DNA of 64,000 nucleotides from Limisphaerales bacterium (GTDB lineage Bacteria; Verrucomicrobiota; Verrucomicrobiia; Limisphaerales; AAA164-E04): NCBI GenBank assembly GCA_965227305.1, contig OZ245740.1, positions 1,107,371 to 1,171,370 of the forward strand, read 5' to 3'. Shown piece by piece: positions 62,935 to 64,000 of this stretch (position 1 is its first letter; each line of letters starts with the position of its first letter). The notes under the pieces were generated by a model. It saw only the letters and a program-made list of their open reading frames with translations, ran no database searches and was not told where the DNA came from. The position numbers and the translations under genes were made by a program.

Positions 62935-63567
62935 TTACAGGTCGAACTGCTCGACCCAGCGATCTCGATCGGCCCAGCTCATCGTTGGGTGGTTCTTGGT
63001 TTTGGAGCGGGGTGTCGCCGCCAGTTGGAGAGGGGCGGTGTTGTTGTCTTGAGTTCTGAGTGCGGCCCAGGAGATTTCTTCGATGCTTGGGGTGATGGCG
63101 CTTTCTGTAAGGGGCAGCGTGGCGACCTGACCGGTCGTTGGCGGATGGGTTGCGGTAGGCCAGTAAAGAAACGCCGCCAAAATCGCAACGGCCGCGAACC
63201 CACCCACCGGAACGACCAGCTGTTGCCAGAGCGGGGTGTCCTTGGAGGGCTCAGTCAGTCCCAGCGGTTTCACCCAGAAGCTGGAAACGAATTCTCGAAC
63301 GCTCCCGGAGCGGTTCCCCGAAACAGCCGGTGCCTCCTCTGCCAGGCGGGACATCACTTCTTCGTGAAAATCCGTGGGAAGAGAAGCTTCCGCCGATTCC
63401 GCCGCATCCCAGTTGAGACTTCCGATCGTCAGTTGAAGTTCGTCCCAGTACGCACGGCATTCCGGATCCGAATCTAGGAGCTGCTGCCACTGATCTTGTT
63501 CGTGCGCGGGAACCCCGTCAGAGGCCCACGTGAGGAGCGCGGCGCGGTTTTGTTCTAGCGGTGTCAT
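62935..63567 (-). CDS. Putative single-pass anti-sigma factor
   Basis: 210-aa ORF. The ATG overlaps the stop of the upstream ECF sigma gene (4-nt overlap). Cytoplasmic N-terminal domain (..QLLDSDPECRAYWDEL..), one TM helix (VVPVGGFAAVAILAAFLYW) and a periplasmic tail. Confidence 0.6.
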   Translation of the reverse strand: MTPLEQNRAALLTWASDGVPAHEQDQWQQLLDSDPECRAYWDELQLTIGSLNWDAAESAEASLPTDFHEEVMSRLAEEAPAVSGNRSGSVREFVSSFWVKPLGLTEPSKDTPLWQQLVVPVGGFAAVAILAAFLYWPTATHPPTTGQVATLPLTESAITPSIEEISWAALRTQDNNTAPLQLAATPRSKTKNHPTMSWADRDRWVEQFDL

Positions 63568-64000
63568 AGGCTTTGCTTTGGATTCTTCTGACGGAGTTTT
63601 TCCAGGGCGTAATGGAGTCGGGATTTCACGGTTCCCAGCGAGGTCTCAGTGGCGGCGGCGATCTCTTCTAAGGAAGCATCGGCATAGAATCGCAATCGGA
63701 TCACCTCTTGATGCTTTTTAGGAAGGCTAGCGATCAGATCCCCCAGGGCCTCCCGGCGTTCGGATGCGAGTGTGGAAGTCACGGGATTCTCGTCGGCGTG
63801 GGGTATTTCAACGGTCTCAGGATGATCTGGCCGGGGTTTCCAGGGATTGAGTCCCCAGAAAATCAGGGGTTTCCGGGCTTGGGATCGCAGGTGTTTCTTG
63901 TGAACGCGAAAGAGAATCGCATACAGCCAGGTGAAGAGGCGGCATTGGCCGTCGAAGCGCTCAATGCCTTTCCAGGCCGCCAGGAGCGTCTCTTGCGCGA
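63564..64000 (-). CDS. ECF-type sigma-70 family factor, 5'-partial (start beyond window end)
   Basis: The ORF track lists only 63564..63782 from a GTG. The same frame stays open to base 64000 and reads ..AQETLLAAWKGIERFDGQCRLFTWLYAILFRVHKKHLR.. (region 2). Region 4 follows: LPKKHQEVIRLRFYADASLEEIAAATETSLGTVKSRLHYALEKL. Confidence 0.85.
   Translation of the reverse strand, partial: AQETLLAAWKGIERFDGQCRLFTWLYAILFRVHKKHLRSQARKPLIFWGLNPWKPRPDHPETVEIPHADENPVTSTLASERREALGDLIASLPKKHQEVIRLRFYADASLEEIAAATETSLGTVKSRLHYALEKLRQKNPKQSL

Overview
High-GC bacterial chromosomal segment, most likely from the PVC superphylum (Verrucomicrobiota/Planctomycetota-like). The taxonomic hints are an H-X9-DG pseudopilin, a TIGR03067-type protein, a DUF1080 fusion, a sulfatase and many LTD/CotH exoproteins. 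I count about 31 protein genes and saw no rRNA, tRNA, CRISPR array, transposase or integrase. Very large exported proteins dominate. (a) There are four CotH-kinase-family genes. One of them (minus strand, 1..5378, at least 1792 aa) is missing from the supplied ORF track because it leaves the window without a stop; I recovered it by translating the reverse strand. (b) A 3-gene operon (44491->31556, minus strand) ends in a 3,395-aa giant: 2x PA14-like, a PD40-like propeller, 7x FG-GAP, then about 2,200 aa I cannot assign. This is my best candidate for an undescribed system. (c) A 2,029-aa PQQ-propeller/Ig-like giant is translationally coupled to an H-X9-DG prepilin-like gene. A housekeeping block lies in the middle (AraC regulator, SulP-beta-CA fusion, ctpA, tsaD, ECF sigma/anti-sigma). 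Other notable points: a DsbA/FrnE-family gene whose first CXXC cysteine codon is TGA (candidate selenoprotein, truncated in the ORF track); a visibly AT-richer GH64-like gene flanked by ~92-bp direct repeats; a beta-CA domain with a Cys->Ser change at a zinc ligand; and two families of dispersed structured repeats, one a UGAA-tetraloop hairpin with compensatory stem changes. All functional calls rest on motif recognition by eye; no database search or computation was possible.
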